Shown here: piece after piece, positions 23,751 to 36,670 of the stretch
Position numbering within the stretch: the first letter of the stretch is position 1
Layout of the letters: the number at the start of each line of letters is the position of its first letter
Assembly: GCA_964234715.1 (NCBI GenBank)
Contig: OZ174277.1
Direction: 5' to 3' (one strand)
DNA length: 64,000 bases
From: Podarcis melisellensis
Lineage: Eukaryota
Program-made: the position numbers and the translations under genes
The notes under the pieces: model-generated
What the model was told of the DNA's origin: nothing
The model's database searches: none
What the model saw: only the letters and a program-made list of their open reading frames with translations

Positions 23751-26700
23751 GAATTTAAGCAGAATATAAGTTAAACATAAACAAATTGGTCCCAGAAAGC
23801 ATTGACTGTTGAGATACACATTCCTCTTGCTACTAACACCATTTTCAACTATGGTTTAAAGGTTAGCACACAGCATGTGGGTGCATGCTGCTGAAAGGAC
23901 AAGCATTTCACTTCTCCTCTGCTCCAGCTATCACCATGCTGCTAGGAGCTAAGCCGTGGTTTGGCTTAGTGTTATGTTCAAACCAAGGTTTGTGGCTTGC
24001 TTTCTCCAAACAAGCCACATTCCCAGCAGAGGAGCAAAACTACAACAGTTTGCAGCTTTAAACCACAGTTTAGTTTAACTCTCATTTAAAGTACCTTGTG
24101 AAGCAGACCATAATATTTAGAAATTAATGATTGCAAGTTTATCAGGCGCTGTCTTATTGTTCCATTGTCATTTGACATGTCAGAAGCAAAACAATTATCT
24201 TCAAAAAGAAAAATTAATTTGTTGACAAAAATGAACAGCAGAGGGCAGTATTTCATTGCTATTTTACTATACAAATCTAAAGGTTTATGTGAAATACTAG
24301 GTGCATAATATAGACGAGATTGGATATAACTACATTCAATGTATTTTTTAAAACTCAAGATATGCTATGCTTATGGATTCATAAGAAAAAGCATGCCAAA
24401 ACAAAATAACTTTCAATGATGCCTATGAACAGCAATGATGCCAATAAAATAAAATTCACTGAAAAAGTATGATTACTGCTTTTAAGAGTACTAATTACAA
24501 TTCTAGAAAGGTTTACCCCAGATCAACTTGAAAATGCTGAAAACTACTTTGTGTGTCAAGGAGTGGCTCCACCCAAACATCCAAATATTGTACCCCAAAG
24601 CTTCTTTAGCCACACCCTGTCCTACATCAAGTCTCCTCCATAGTTCCATTCTGTGAGTGCCCAACAGCGCTGCTCACTATTGTAAAAAGCACTCATTACT
24701 TTGCAGAATAGCTTTATGTGCAGTTACATCAAAGGGATGGTGTAAACAATGTTGATTTCAGGTCTAAAGACATTCAAAACTATCTGTCAACCATAGAGAA
24801 CAGTGTCTCTTAGTATAACTCTGCTGTTTGTGGTTTGCTTCTCTGAAATGCCAGTTCATACTTATATATGGCAGTAATGACTCAATGAAGTCATCATTAC
24901 TGACTTTGTTCTTAATTGTGCAGTGTGAAAAGAAGTGACAAGACAGCTTAACTGAATGTCACATGTATACATGTAATGAAATTTCAGCTAGCTTTTTTTT
25001 TTAAGGTTCCGTTAAGTTTCATCTCCCCCCGTGCCCCCAATACTTTGGGGTAGAGGAAGATTTTAATCTGAAAAATAGGACCTTGAAGAAGGATTAACTC
25101 CAGCACTGTAATCACAATTTTAATTTATACTTTAGACACCAGCATGACTTTTTCAGATTTCTACGTAACCAGAATACCAGGAGCTGAGATTCTCTCACTC
25201 CTGTACTCTACCTTTTTTAAAAAAAACCTTAATGAGGCGTTAGAATGATTTAAGCCTTCTCTGTCACTGAATGAGAAGCAGAACAAAGAGTAAAAGGCAC
25301 CCTTTTCTTAGTCCTCTGATCAAGCCAGGAAGATCTGGCAAGGTATGCATGCAGGTGGTGTAAATGAGAACATGCACATTCAAAATCATGATACTCATCC
25401 AGCCCCACTCCACAGGCTGGATGAGTCATGGGAATACACATTACATCTATGGCTACTAGTTGTTGCAAGTACTTGTACTCAATCTCTCTTCACTACAACT
25501 TCCCTTCGTATAATACACAGGCACTCATTTATTCCCACAGTTGATATTGATGTGGTTGGTACTATAGAGCTTATTTTACTTAGAACGTGCTGTTAGAAAT
25601 CTAGGTCCAACATTCACAGTCATTTCACATACAATGTAAAAAGAAAACACTTCCTTATTACTCTTAGGGAAAACTCTAGCTTGAGCCTTAAAGCAGTTGT
25701 TTTATGGCGATGCCCTGATTAGGAAGATAAACTATCCATTCCAACATGAATAGAATCAAGTGAGTGTCTACTGCCACAATACCTAAAAAGTGTTACACAT
25801 ACATTTTACTTCTAACAAACATTTCAAACTTTTTCCGTTTCCCCCACCTTCTCTCTCTCCTTACAAGAAAGGAGAGATACCATTTCTTGTAGTTGGAAGA
25901 CAGAAAGTATTTCTCAGGCTGTAATAGTTAAATCTGAAACACCTCATGTGCTTGCAGTCAACCATGTCAACATCTGGAGCTGGTTGACTCCCCCCCCCCC
26001 CCGGGATTTGCTGCCCTGCCCTGGATTTTCTCCATGAATTCTCTACATTCTGTATCCATCAGATATATGTCATACACACCCGGGTCTCTAGTGTTCCAAA
26101 ATTCTCTAGCCACTGAAAGTCTCCAAACAATTTTTAAAACAAAACTTAAGTTTATTCCATATTTAAACATCTAAGACCAGAATAGTATCTCTATTTCATA
26201 GTTAATCCCACTGCCATCAGTGTCGCTGATTGTGTTTAACTGAGAGCAGATCATTGCCTTGAAATATTTGGTTAAAACCAACTGCTGTTAAAAAATTCAC
26301 AGCTCTATTTTGTACCTAGTGTTACAACATATTTAATGTGGAAAGAAAATTGCTCACTGTCATGAGTCTAACAACAGCTGGTCCAACTGAACAATTTAAG
26401 AATGAATTTGAACTGCCATACTTCTTCACTCCAAGTATAAGCTGGCTTTTTGTTATAGGAATTCAATTGCTGGATACAGTTACATTGAGATTAGAAAAGG
26501 CTATGCAGGGCAAGCTTTAAAATGTATTTTACCTACATTAAACAAATGAACTGACCTCTGTGGTGATGTCAGTTCAACCAGCACTTTACAACTGTAAGAG
26601 AAGCCATTTTGGCATATAACTGTATATGACATATGGAGTTTTAAGATGTCCCAATTTACTACCAGAATCATAATAAACACATTAGCATTCTGAACGAGTT

Positions 26701-28139
26701 ACAGTAAAGTCAAAACAGAATTGGTTTCTTTCGGTTATCCACATGGGATGCATATACATTCCACAGCACTGATATTGTAAAAGAAAAGAAAAAAGTCATA
26801 GTTCTGTTTGTTGGTGCTAGTACTATTTAATGTTTATGAGAAAAGATCAAACAAAAATGACTAATAGGCAAAACTGAGGGGAAATCTCAGTAAAACATTT
26901 TGCATAAGCTGAAAATATTTATTGCCTATATTGCAATAAATATACTATACTGTCCACCATCACTGTTCTTTTTTTTCTATAAACGATGGAATGTTTCAAC
27001 AAGCATCTCACCAGGAAAGATAAAATGAAGTGTCTAAACCCTGGCGCTTCTAAGTATTGTTTTTCAGCAACTGTTCCCAACCATTCAGCAATATACTGAT
27101 GAGTTTCCAAAGGTCTTTGTTTCCAAAATTAAGTTGTAAAGCAGTTTGGGGGCAGAGGGGGTTATAGCTTCCCTCCAAGCACACTAATTAATTCACTCCA
27201 ATTTAATGATTTTATGTTTATGAGCAGATACATAGTCCACTTTTTAATGAATAAGATGAAGTGAGCAGTGATCACTTGAACTTCAGAAGTTAAAACAGAT
27301 GTTTGCTCCATTATTTATGTAGAAAGGTTGTGCCTGGGGTCAAGGATAATGGAAATTAAGGAAAAGGAAGTTTACTTTTAAGACATGGGAGGTTGCAAAA
27401 AAATATGAAACCTAGGATCAAATGGCTGAGAGAAAACTCACAGTGTAAATTAAGTGAAATAATATGGTAATTAAATGACATGACTAAAGACTAAATGGGG
27501 GGGGGAGAGAAATGAAACTTTTTTTAAACTTATAAGTACAGAATTCTCTGACATTTGAAAGATCAAAAACAAGCAAGCTTAGCTTCTGTGAGTAGAAAAG
27601 ATACCAGAGAATATAAAGTACCCCTGCCAATATAAAATCACTAATCCTAAAGTACTTTGTAATCTATGAAATACTGTTGCATTTGAAATACATTGTTCTA
27701 TAAATTAAACTTCCTAATTTAAAGCGTAAACATGTAGGGAAATTGACCTAACTCAACCACATAAAGATGCTTGAGTTCAACCATATTTATGCAGCAGTAA
27801 ATGTAACTGCAACAGGCTTTCTAGGTGCACAGAGCTGCATCTTTAGGATTTTAATCCAAAAACACTTTCCCACTCCTATTTAAACATAAATTATAAGTTT
27901 TAAAAGTTATTATAGCTGCAATACTTTGCCCACTTATCCGGAAATAAGCACCACTGAACTCAATGGGATTTACTTCCAGGTAGACATGTATAGACTATGC
28001 TGTACATGGCTTAATAAAGAACTGCTCCAATATGTGTGTCACATACTTGAGTCCTGGACAAAAGTGCTGCTGCATAGAATCACCATCACAAAGAGTCAAC
28101 AGAGCCATCAATACAATTCAAAATGTAAACATTTCATAC

Positions 28140-28164
28140 CTGTTAGAGTGATAGTTCCCAGCAT
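28140..28164 (-). CDS. AKAP12: AKAP12 beta-isoform first coding exon (MLGTITLT)
   Basis: - strand ATG CTG GGA ACT ATC ACT CTA ACA G|gtatga. The phase-1 donor joins the large exon to give MLGTITLTVGQR, matching the known AKAP12beta N-terminus MLGTITITVGQR. Confidence 0.92.
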
Positions 28165-28450
28165 TTTCTCTACCCTTTGGCAACCTGGATTTTCCTCTCC
28201 TCAAAGCAAGACACTCCGTTGTTTTTATTTCTCCAAGTCACAGTGCAATCAGAGGGAGGGGGGTAGGAGGGAAGCAGAGCTAACAGAAACACGTTTCAGT
28301 CCTTCAGTGTCTGATGAAAAAGGCAGACTGAAGTTGTGTTTCAGCAGACTGGTCCTTGACAGACAGCTCTCTGTGGCCCATCCCCTCCTTAGCTGCTCGC
28401 TGAGTGGGCAGGTTATATTCCTAAATTTAACAATGAGATCTCCACCCTCT
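28165..28450 (-). promoter_or_regulatory. Presumed AKAP12beta 5'UTR and proximal promoter
   Basis: Inferred from position upstream of the beta ATG; contains a G-rich tract (28253-28272) and an AATAAAA TATA-like element (about 28222-28229). TSS not determinable. Confidence 0.45.
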
Positions 28451-28710
28451 GACCAAACCACATTCCCTATTGTTACAAAGGGCTTTATGCAGATCACTGG
28501 AAGTCCTTTAGATCAAGGAGGGTGTGTAATATACCTGTCTCTCATATTTACTACATGCCTACTAAGTGAAAAGAGAAAAATTTCCAGAACCACTTTCTAT
28601 ATACAAAATAAGAATATTCCAGCAACCAGACTCTTTCCTCTAGGAACTTTAATCTCATATATACAGTTCAATGCCATGGTTAAAAGTTCAGTGAAGAACC
28701 TTGCAACCTT

Positions 28711-31697
28711 CATAGAATCATAGAGTTGGAAGAGACCACAAGGGCCATCGAGTCCAACCCCCTGCCAAGCAGGAAACACCATCAGAGCACTCCTGACATA
28801 TGGTTGTCAAGCCTCTGCTTAAAGACCTCCAAAGAAGGAGACTCCACCACACTCCTTGGCAGCAAATTCCACTGTCGAACAGCTCTTACTGTCAGGAAGT
28901 TCTTCCTAATGTTTAGGTGGAATCTTCTTTCTTGTAGTTTGGATCCATTGCTCCGTGTCTGCTTCTCTGGAGCAGCAGAAAACAACCTTTCTCCCTCTAT
29001 GTGACATCCTTTTATATATTTGAACATGGCTATCATATCACCCCTTAACCTCCTCTTCTCCAGGCTAAACATGCCCAGCTCCCTTAGCCGTTCCTCATAA
29101 GGCATCGTTTCCAGGTCTTTGACCATTTTGGTTGCCCTCCTCTGGACACGTTCCAGTTTGTCAGTGTCCTTCTTGAACTGTGGTGCCCAGAACTGGACAC
29201 AGTACTCCAGGTGAGGTCTGAACAGAGCAGAACACAGTGGCACTATTACTTCCCTTGATCTAGATGCTATACTCCTATTGATGCAGCCCAGAATTGCATT
29301 GGCTTTTTTAGCTGCCGCGTCACACTATTGGCTCATGTCAAGTTTGTGGTCAACCAAGACTCCTAGATCCTTTTCACATGCACTGCTCTCAAGCCAGGTG
29401 TCACCCATCTTGTATTTATGCCTCTCATTTTTTTTTGCCCAAGTGCAATACTTTACATTTCTCCCTGTTAAAATTCATCGTTTGTTTTGGCCCAGTTCTC
29501 TAATCTGTCAAGGTCGTTTTGAAGTGTGATCCTGTCCTCTGGGGTGTTAGCCACCCCTCCCAGTTTGGTGTCATCTGCAAATTTGATCAGGATGCCCTTG
29601 AGTCCATCATCCAAGTCATTGATAAAGATGTTGAATAAGACCGGGCCCAAGACAGAACCCTGTGGCACCCCACTAGTCACTCTTCGCCAGGATGAAGAGG
29701 AACCATTGATGAGCACCCTTTGGGTTTCGTCAGTCAGCCAGTTACAAATCCACTGAGTGGTAGCATAGTCAAGACCGCATTTTACCAGCTTCTTTACAAG
29801 AATATCATGGGGCACCGCACCTTGTCAAATGCTTTGCTGAAATCAAGGTAGGCTACATCCACTGTGTTCCCTTCATCTACCAGGCTTGTAATTCTGTCAA
29901 AAAACGAGATCAGGTTAGTCTGACATGACTCATTTTTCAGAAATCCATGCTGACTATTGGTGATCACAGCATTCCTTTCTAGGTGCTCACAGACTGTTTG
30001 CTTAATGATCTGCTCCAGAATCTTCCCTGGTATTGATGTCAGACTGACTGGGCGGTAATTATTTGGGTTCTCTCTTTTCCCCTTTTTGAAAATAGGGACA
30101 ACATTTGCCCTCCTCCAGTCTGCCGGGACTTCGCCTGTTCTCCAGGAATTCTCGAAGATGACTGCCAGTGGTTCTGAGATCACATCTGCCAGTTCTTTTA
30201 ATACTCTTGGATGCAGTTCATCTGGCCCTGGAGACTTGAATACATCTAAACTAGCCAAGTATTCTTGTACTATCTCCTTAGTTATTCTGGGCTGTGTTAA
30301 CTCTGCTGAATCATTTGCTCCAAATTCTTCAGGTCGGGCATTGTTTTCTTTATCGGAGAAGACTGAGGCAAAGAAGGCATTGAGGAGTTCAGCCCTTTCT
30401 GTGTCCCCTGTTTGCATTTCACCATCTTCTCCTCTGAGTGACCCCACTGTTTCTTTGTTCTTCCTTTTGCTACGAACATACCCATAAAAGCCTTTTTTGT
30501 TGCTTTTAACCTCTCTAGCAAGCCTGAGTTCATTCTGTGCTTTAGCTTTTCTGACTTTGTGTCTACACGTGCTGGCTATTTGTTTGAATTCCTCTTTGGT
30601 GGTTTCCCCCCTTTTCCATTTTTTGTACACATCCTTTTTTAATCTTAACTCAGTTAAAAGTTCTTTAGATAGCCACCCTGGCTTCTTTAGGCACCTTCCA
30701 TGTTTCCGTCTCATTGGTATTGCCTGAAGTTTTGCTTTTACTATCTCCCTCTTAACAAACTCCCAGCCATCATGAACTCCCTTTCCTTTTAGTATTACTG
30801 TCCATGGGATCTCACCCAGCACTTCCCTAAGTTTTATGAAGTTGGCTTTCTTAAAGTCAAGAAATTGAGTCCTAGTATGCTTGGCTGCTCCTTTCCGCTG
30901 TATAGTAAACTTCAGAAGAGCATGATCACTCGCGCCTAATGATCCTTCCACTTCTACCCCACTAACCAGGTCATCAACATTGGTTAGGACCAGATCTAAA
31001 ATGGCTGTTCCTCTTGTTGCTTCTCCCACTTTCTGGACAATGAAGTTGTCTGCAAGGCCAGTGAGGAATCTGTTTGACCTTATGCTCTTGGCTGAGTTTG
31101 ACATTCAACAAATATCCGGGTAATTGAAGTCCCCCATTACTACTATCTCCCTTCCTTTTGCATGCTTGGCTATCTGTTCCAGGAAGGCATCATCTATGTC
31201 CTCCGTTTGGCTTGGGGATATATAGTAAACTCCCACAATGAGGTCACTGTTATTCTTCTCTCCCTTAATTTTGACCCAAATGCTCTCACTTTGGCTTTGA
31301 GGTTCTAAATCTTGGATCTCTTCACAGTTATACACATCCCTGACATATAACGCCACTCCTCCTCCTTTCTTGTCTGGTCTGTTTCTCTGAAATAGATCGT
31401 ATCCCTCCATTATTACATTCCAATCGCAGGACTTATCCCACCAGGTTTCAGTGATGCCTATTATGTCATATTTAGTTTGCTGTACCAAGAGCTCAAGCTC
31501 ATCTTGTTTATTTCCCATGCCTTGTGCATTAGTGTACAGACATTGAAGTCCATTAATCATTCCCCCGTGTCTCTTATTTAAGGATTTTTTCCTCCCACCA
31601 CTAGGTCTGCGTGCTGTTTGCTCCATTTGGTCTATGACATTTGGATGATCATCTTCATCAATTGATAGACTCCTACCTTCAGGAGCACTGGCTCCCT
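28711..31697 (-). mobile_element. 5'-truncated CR1 LINE with nearly complete but disrupted ORF2 (APE endonuclease and RT)
   Basis: APE motifs YTNAQG, GITETWW, GDFNYPD; RT motifs [27 protein letters not shown]; CR1 tail (ATTCTATG) at 28711-28724. Disrupted by a stop at 31105-07, a 5-bp gcacc duplication near 29815 and further frameshifts. Confidence 0.96.
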
Positions 31698-31943
31698 TGT
31701 AACACCTCAAATGCTAAAGCAATTATTATGGCAATTATGGCATAGTATGTCATAGACTGGAAACCACTGCATCTGATGCAAGAAACATTATATTCAATTG
31801 GCAATTACGTATACATATTTGGGGTGCAGGATGGGGGGATATGAACACAGTGGGATCAAATTGCAATGGAATACAAATAGTGTGGAACATTTTCGTTAAC
31901 GTTCAAATGCATGAAATTTGTCAGACTGCAGACAAGCAAATTA

Positions 31944-32049
31944 CACGTTTAACGTTTTGCTTAATCCATAGCTGTGGATGCAATAAACCACATGCAATAA
32001 ACCACGTTTAACGTTTTGCTTAATCCATAGCTGTGGATGCAATAAACCA
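31944..32049. repeat. 47-bp direct duplication with a templated 12-bp spacer
   Basis: cacgtttaacgttttgcttaatccatagctgtggatgcaataaacca at 31944-31990 and 32003-32049. Confidence 0.9.
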
Positions 32050-32779
32050 TGGTTTGGTTCAGCATTATGTGTGAACATTATGTTAAATGTGTGAATACCT
32101 TTAACATGTCTAGTTTTCTCCTAAATAGCTTAGGGATATCAGGATCATGTCAGCACGGAGGGGATTCACCATGCCATTCCTATCACAGTCATAGTCCTGA
32201 TGACTAAACCCAGGAAAAAAGCTTCTCTCACATGGATCCATAATGGAAGGGAAAGGCTGAAACCTCCTTCCGTTGCACCTTCATCCCAATCCCACCTATC
32301 TCCAGAGGCTGTTATTTATAAGGAGACAAAAAAATGAACACTCACACATTTACGGTAGTTTTACATTTCATTTGGCCCAGAGTGTGCACTGTAGAGGAAG
32401 GTGAGTAATGACGAATGAGTTGTCCTTCAGACACGATCTAACATTACTATTCTTCTCACTGAACAATCCCAGTAACCTCTAACCCAGAATTCCAATGAAT
32501 AATTTGAAAACTAGTGACATGCTTTTGCCCTAACGTTAGCAAAAACAAAACACAAACCCAAGACTGACAAGATGCAACAGCATATGCCATGACTATTTTT
32601 CCCATGGTGAATGTATCAAATTTAAAACTACAATTAACAAGTAGAAGCTGCAACAAAATATTGCAGCATGGATTGATCAAATTCAGGTTGCCAGTCAGCT
32701 ATGCTCTCTCCATGGCATTCCCCTCCAAAAAAAGCAAGCCTTCAGTGGTCACTGACTATTTCCAGCTACTTTTGGAGAG

Positions 32780-33205
32780 ATGGATGAAGCTGAAGGCTGG
32801 AAGTCTCAGGACAGACAAAAGAAAGTACAGTACTTATTCACAAAGCACATAGTTAAAACTATGGAATTAACTCCCAAGTGGTAGTGATGGCCACGGACTT
32901 GGATAACTTTTTTAAAAAATTAGATAACTTAATGGAAGATAAGGCTATTGATGACTACTAGGTACAATGGCTATATTTTCTACCTTCTACCTCCATGTCT
33001 TCTACCTTTCTCCCTATATTTTCTATGGTTGGAGACAGTATGCCACTGAATACTCATTGATGAGAATCACAGGAGCGGGGGAAAGCTGTTGTGCTCAGGT
33101 TCTGCTTGCAGACGTCCTGTGGGCATCCGGTTGTTCACTGTGAAGACATGGAGTGCTGGACTACATAGGCCTTTAGCTTGATCTTTTGGGCCCCTCTCAA
33201 GCATT
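32780..33205 (+). mobile_element. Old CR1 3' fragment
   Basis: MKLKAGSLRTDKRKY plus a CR1-type 3'UTR ending gtgctggactacataggcctttagcttgatc. Confidence 0.7.
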
Positions 33206-34209
33206 TATGCACTAAGGAAGAAAGCATTATGCTTGTGTAGTCCTCTCTCCACTGTGCTCTGCTTAATGAATTATGTCTTGGTTTACAGAAAACCAATTTA
33301 ACATTATATCTGAACTGGGAAACTATGGTTTGCACTTGCCCTGAAAACCATGATTGTAAACTAGGGACATTTCTGATTCTCATCAAGACCCTCCAGAAGT
33401 CAAAAGTATGTCAGAAAGAGCAAAAAAGAAACATGTGGGCTGTAATATGAGAATGTCCAGAAAAATACTTCCTATTTTCTGCTAGGACTAGCATCTGACA
33501 AGCAAATGTTTGATGGAAACCAGATGTGTCTCAGTGGTAAAATAGAAATATGTCTAGCTAATCTCAAGATAAAGCAGGCACGCATTTTCTGCACTTTCCA
33601 CACCAACAGGTCCAGTTCTTCTGTAGGAAAAAGTAATGTGAGAAGTGGCCCCTTGACTCATTGGTAAGCCCTCTCTTGTATTTCAGTGATTTAGCTAGTC
33701 TGGAATGCAGAAGAATTTACCTGCTTTGTTTAAGAAAGAGTTCAGCTACTCCTATTACCTTGTGAACATTTTCCTTCCAATGAAATGCCCAGCCCCATAC
33801 ACCATCACAAACCAGTCACCTCTAAATCAAAGAGACTGTATTATTTTTGAATCCACAATATTGATTTGTTAAGAGTTTTTAAGTCTTACAGACTTTTTGG
33901 TGTACAACCCTTTACGGTCTTCACCTCATTTATACCCCGATCATATTTACAAAGGAAGATGCTGTTGTTGAAGGCTACCCAGCAAGCTTGGTGTCCATAC
34001 TCAATTTTCAACTCTCTTACACATATTTCAGCACTTGTTTTTTGCTCCCAAAACTGCAAGTTATGCTACTGTTCTGAAGACCAACATTAGTAGTCTCCAA
34101 CTTTTATTTGTTTTGGTATTAAAATCCTTACCTGATGAGTTCTGGTACCAAACATTCCTTCTGGTCTATGGTACTCTAAATTCCTAAGCTTAAAAGGTCT
34201 AAGATGCCT

Positions 34210-34830
34210 ACTGGGCCAGGTAGGTGTTACTATTGCTATATAAAGCCCTTAACAACTCAGGATCAGTTTACCTGTGAGATCACTTCATCCCATATATGCC
34301 CACTCAATTGCTTTGATCTGCGGAACTGCCACTTTTACAGGTGGCACATAATATCGGTTCCACATTTGTAAGAACTTATTTTTTTAATGCGGCAGTGCAA
34401 ATACTCTGGAATTCCCTGCCAATTGATATAGCTGTACAGTCATACCTTGGTTTTGGAACAGCCTAGTTCTCGAAGGGTTTGGCTTCCAAACAATCAAAAC
34501 CTGGAAGTGACTGTTCCGGTTTTCAAGTGTTCTTTTGGAAGCCGAACGTCTGACGGGGCTTCTGATTGGCTGCAGGAGCTTCCTGTAGCCAATCAGAAGC
34601 TGCACTTTGGTTTTTGAACGCTTTGAAAGTTGAACGGACTTCCGGAACGGATTCCGTTCAACTTCCAAGGTATGACTGTACTTTTCTTGCTGCCTGCTAA
34701 AATCAATTGTGTTTAGACAAATGTATTTGGGTATCTAGAACACTGATGTGTTTTAATCTGTTTCAGTTTTAGTTTTTTAATGTTTTAAATATCAAAAGGT
34801 ATATAATTTGCATGAAATAAAAAAAAACCT
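34210..34830 (+). mobile_element. Decayed L2-type LINE hosting a MITE
   Basis: tataaagcccttaac (YKALN) and ctctggaattccctgcca (LWNSLP); continues after the MITE. Confidence 0.55.
34437..34678. mobile_element. Intact MITE family B
   Basis: Perfect TIRs cagtcataccttgg / ccaaggtatgactg; TA flanks at 34435-36 and 34679-80. Confidence 0.92.
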
Positions 34831-36262
34831 AATTGCCACCATTATCCCTACTGCACTCTCTCTCTCTAATAGGCCATGAAACAGACTATAACAGACTTTG
34901 ACTATAAACACTGCATCATCCCTGACATTCTCCAATCAAACTGTTTAAAAAGCTGTCTTAATCAGTAGGACAAATCTGGTTTTAAGAACATCAGCTTAAT
35001 TGGACTGTGGATAAGGCTACCCAGTACATTTCCCCTTCCTGACTCACAACTGGAATTAAGAGAGCTTTGTCTACACAAAATCATTATCAAACATGTAAAA
35101 AGTGAATATGTTGTCTTAACAGCAGCTTTTGTATATAGAAAGAAGGAAGTAACAGAGCATTTCCTATGAGCCCAAAACTGGATAAGCTTTAACTGCAGGG
35201 AATGTGCATATGAAAAGTTTTTGAAGTTATGCCTCTATATCAAAGGGTTTCTGAAAAAACAAATGCAATCTTAACAATGGAAAAGATGAAAAGCTCTTTA
35301 TAACATCAACAGTAACCATATATACTGTTCCATTTATAGCAAACAGATAAATTAAAACAAAAGCTACTATTAGTACTACTTATTTAAATCCTCATGTGAC
35401 TTTTTGAAAACTTGTATCAGTACTTGTATCAGTCAAATACACTAGAACAACTAAAAATCTGCACTTAAAAGCAGCTGGTCAGTCAAAATCAGTATGTCAA
35501 GTATTTCAGTATTTCACCCTTCAGTATTTCACCCTGAAGATTGTCAGGTTATGGCACTGTAGTGATGGGAAAAACTATAAATAATATGGGTTGCAAACAT
35601 GGTTGGCATAAAGAACAGAGGCTGAAACAAATTTGGTGAGATTTTGTACTACCATCTATAATGAAAATAAATAAAACTTCATTTCTGAGCTATAAGGACT
35701 GCAGACATATGCCTTTTAAAAATGTGACTTTATTAATGGACAAGATTAGAAATAGGCATATAAGAGGCTGTGGCTCAGCAGCAGGAGCAGGTGTGCTCAG
35801 GCAGAAAAAGTTTCTAACATTCAGAGGTATCTCCAAATTCAGCAAGCAATTTGGGTATATTAAACCAACATAAAATCACCAAAACATTTACACAGTGATT
35901 GAGAAACTTAAGTTATTTGGACTTTCTAACAACAGGATGAACTTGCTGCATGTTTTCTTTGCAACACAAACAGTTTGTTTGGGGCCTCTCTAGAGATATC
36001 AACTATTAGTAAGGGAGTGAAGAATGAAAACATAGACTATTTCAAAAACACTGGGCCTTAACCCAGTTCACCTTGGATACAACACCACACACAAGATTCC
36101 CATCGGGCTCAGAAAGCCCCATTTATTCTAAGGGTTTGCACACAGGGGCTGTTGCAAGAAATGAAAGGTCCATGCATGGATATTGTGCCCCCAACTTGAC
36201 TTCTGCACATGTGCTCTACAACTTGTATATGCTCCAGAACACAAGTAACCCTTTTTAGTTAC

Positions 36263-36670
36263 TGTGATGGGATGATAAGCCGCTTGTGCGTAAAAACTTA
36301 GTCCCTCAGAGTTTGGCAAAATCAGCAAACCTCTGTCTATAACGGAGCCCCTTAAGCATGGCTCCGTCAGTCGCTGGCAGAATCCGACAGTGGGTGTTTA
36401 CGGAATCTCTTCCAACATAAAAGCTCCTTAACGGACATGCGTCTTCTGGACTCTCGGCGCGACAGTTTACGGTGAGGAGTGGGTGTCCCTATAGGAGGTC
36501 CTGAAACCTCCTCACTGTTATCGCTGGAAGTGTCTCTGAGCCATCCCTCCGACTCACTTTCCCTCGGAGCTCCTTCTCTCCCCCTGCTGGTTCCCTTTTC
36601 TGCTGCTAAGTCTCTCCTACCTTTCGTGAGCCCTTCCACCTCCTGAACTTCCGATGGTAGTTTCCTGACA
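36263..36670 (-). mobile_element. Solo LTR (Gypsy/ERV-like), 408 bp
   Basis: TG...CA termini, perfect 5-bp TSD gttac (36258-62, 36671-75), CpG-rich relative to flanks. Strand inferred from the internal open frame. Confidence 0.85.

Noticed and set aside
27926-28723. 265-aa + strand ORF over the beta exon
   Set aside because: TTG start inside a repeat, ends in the CR1 tail, no recognisable domain; most likely chance.
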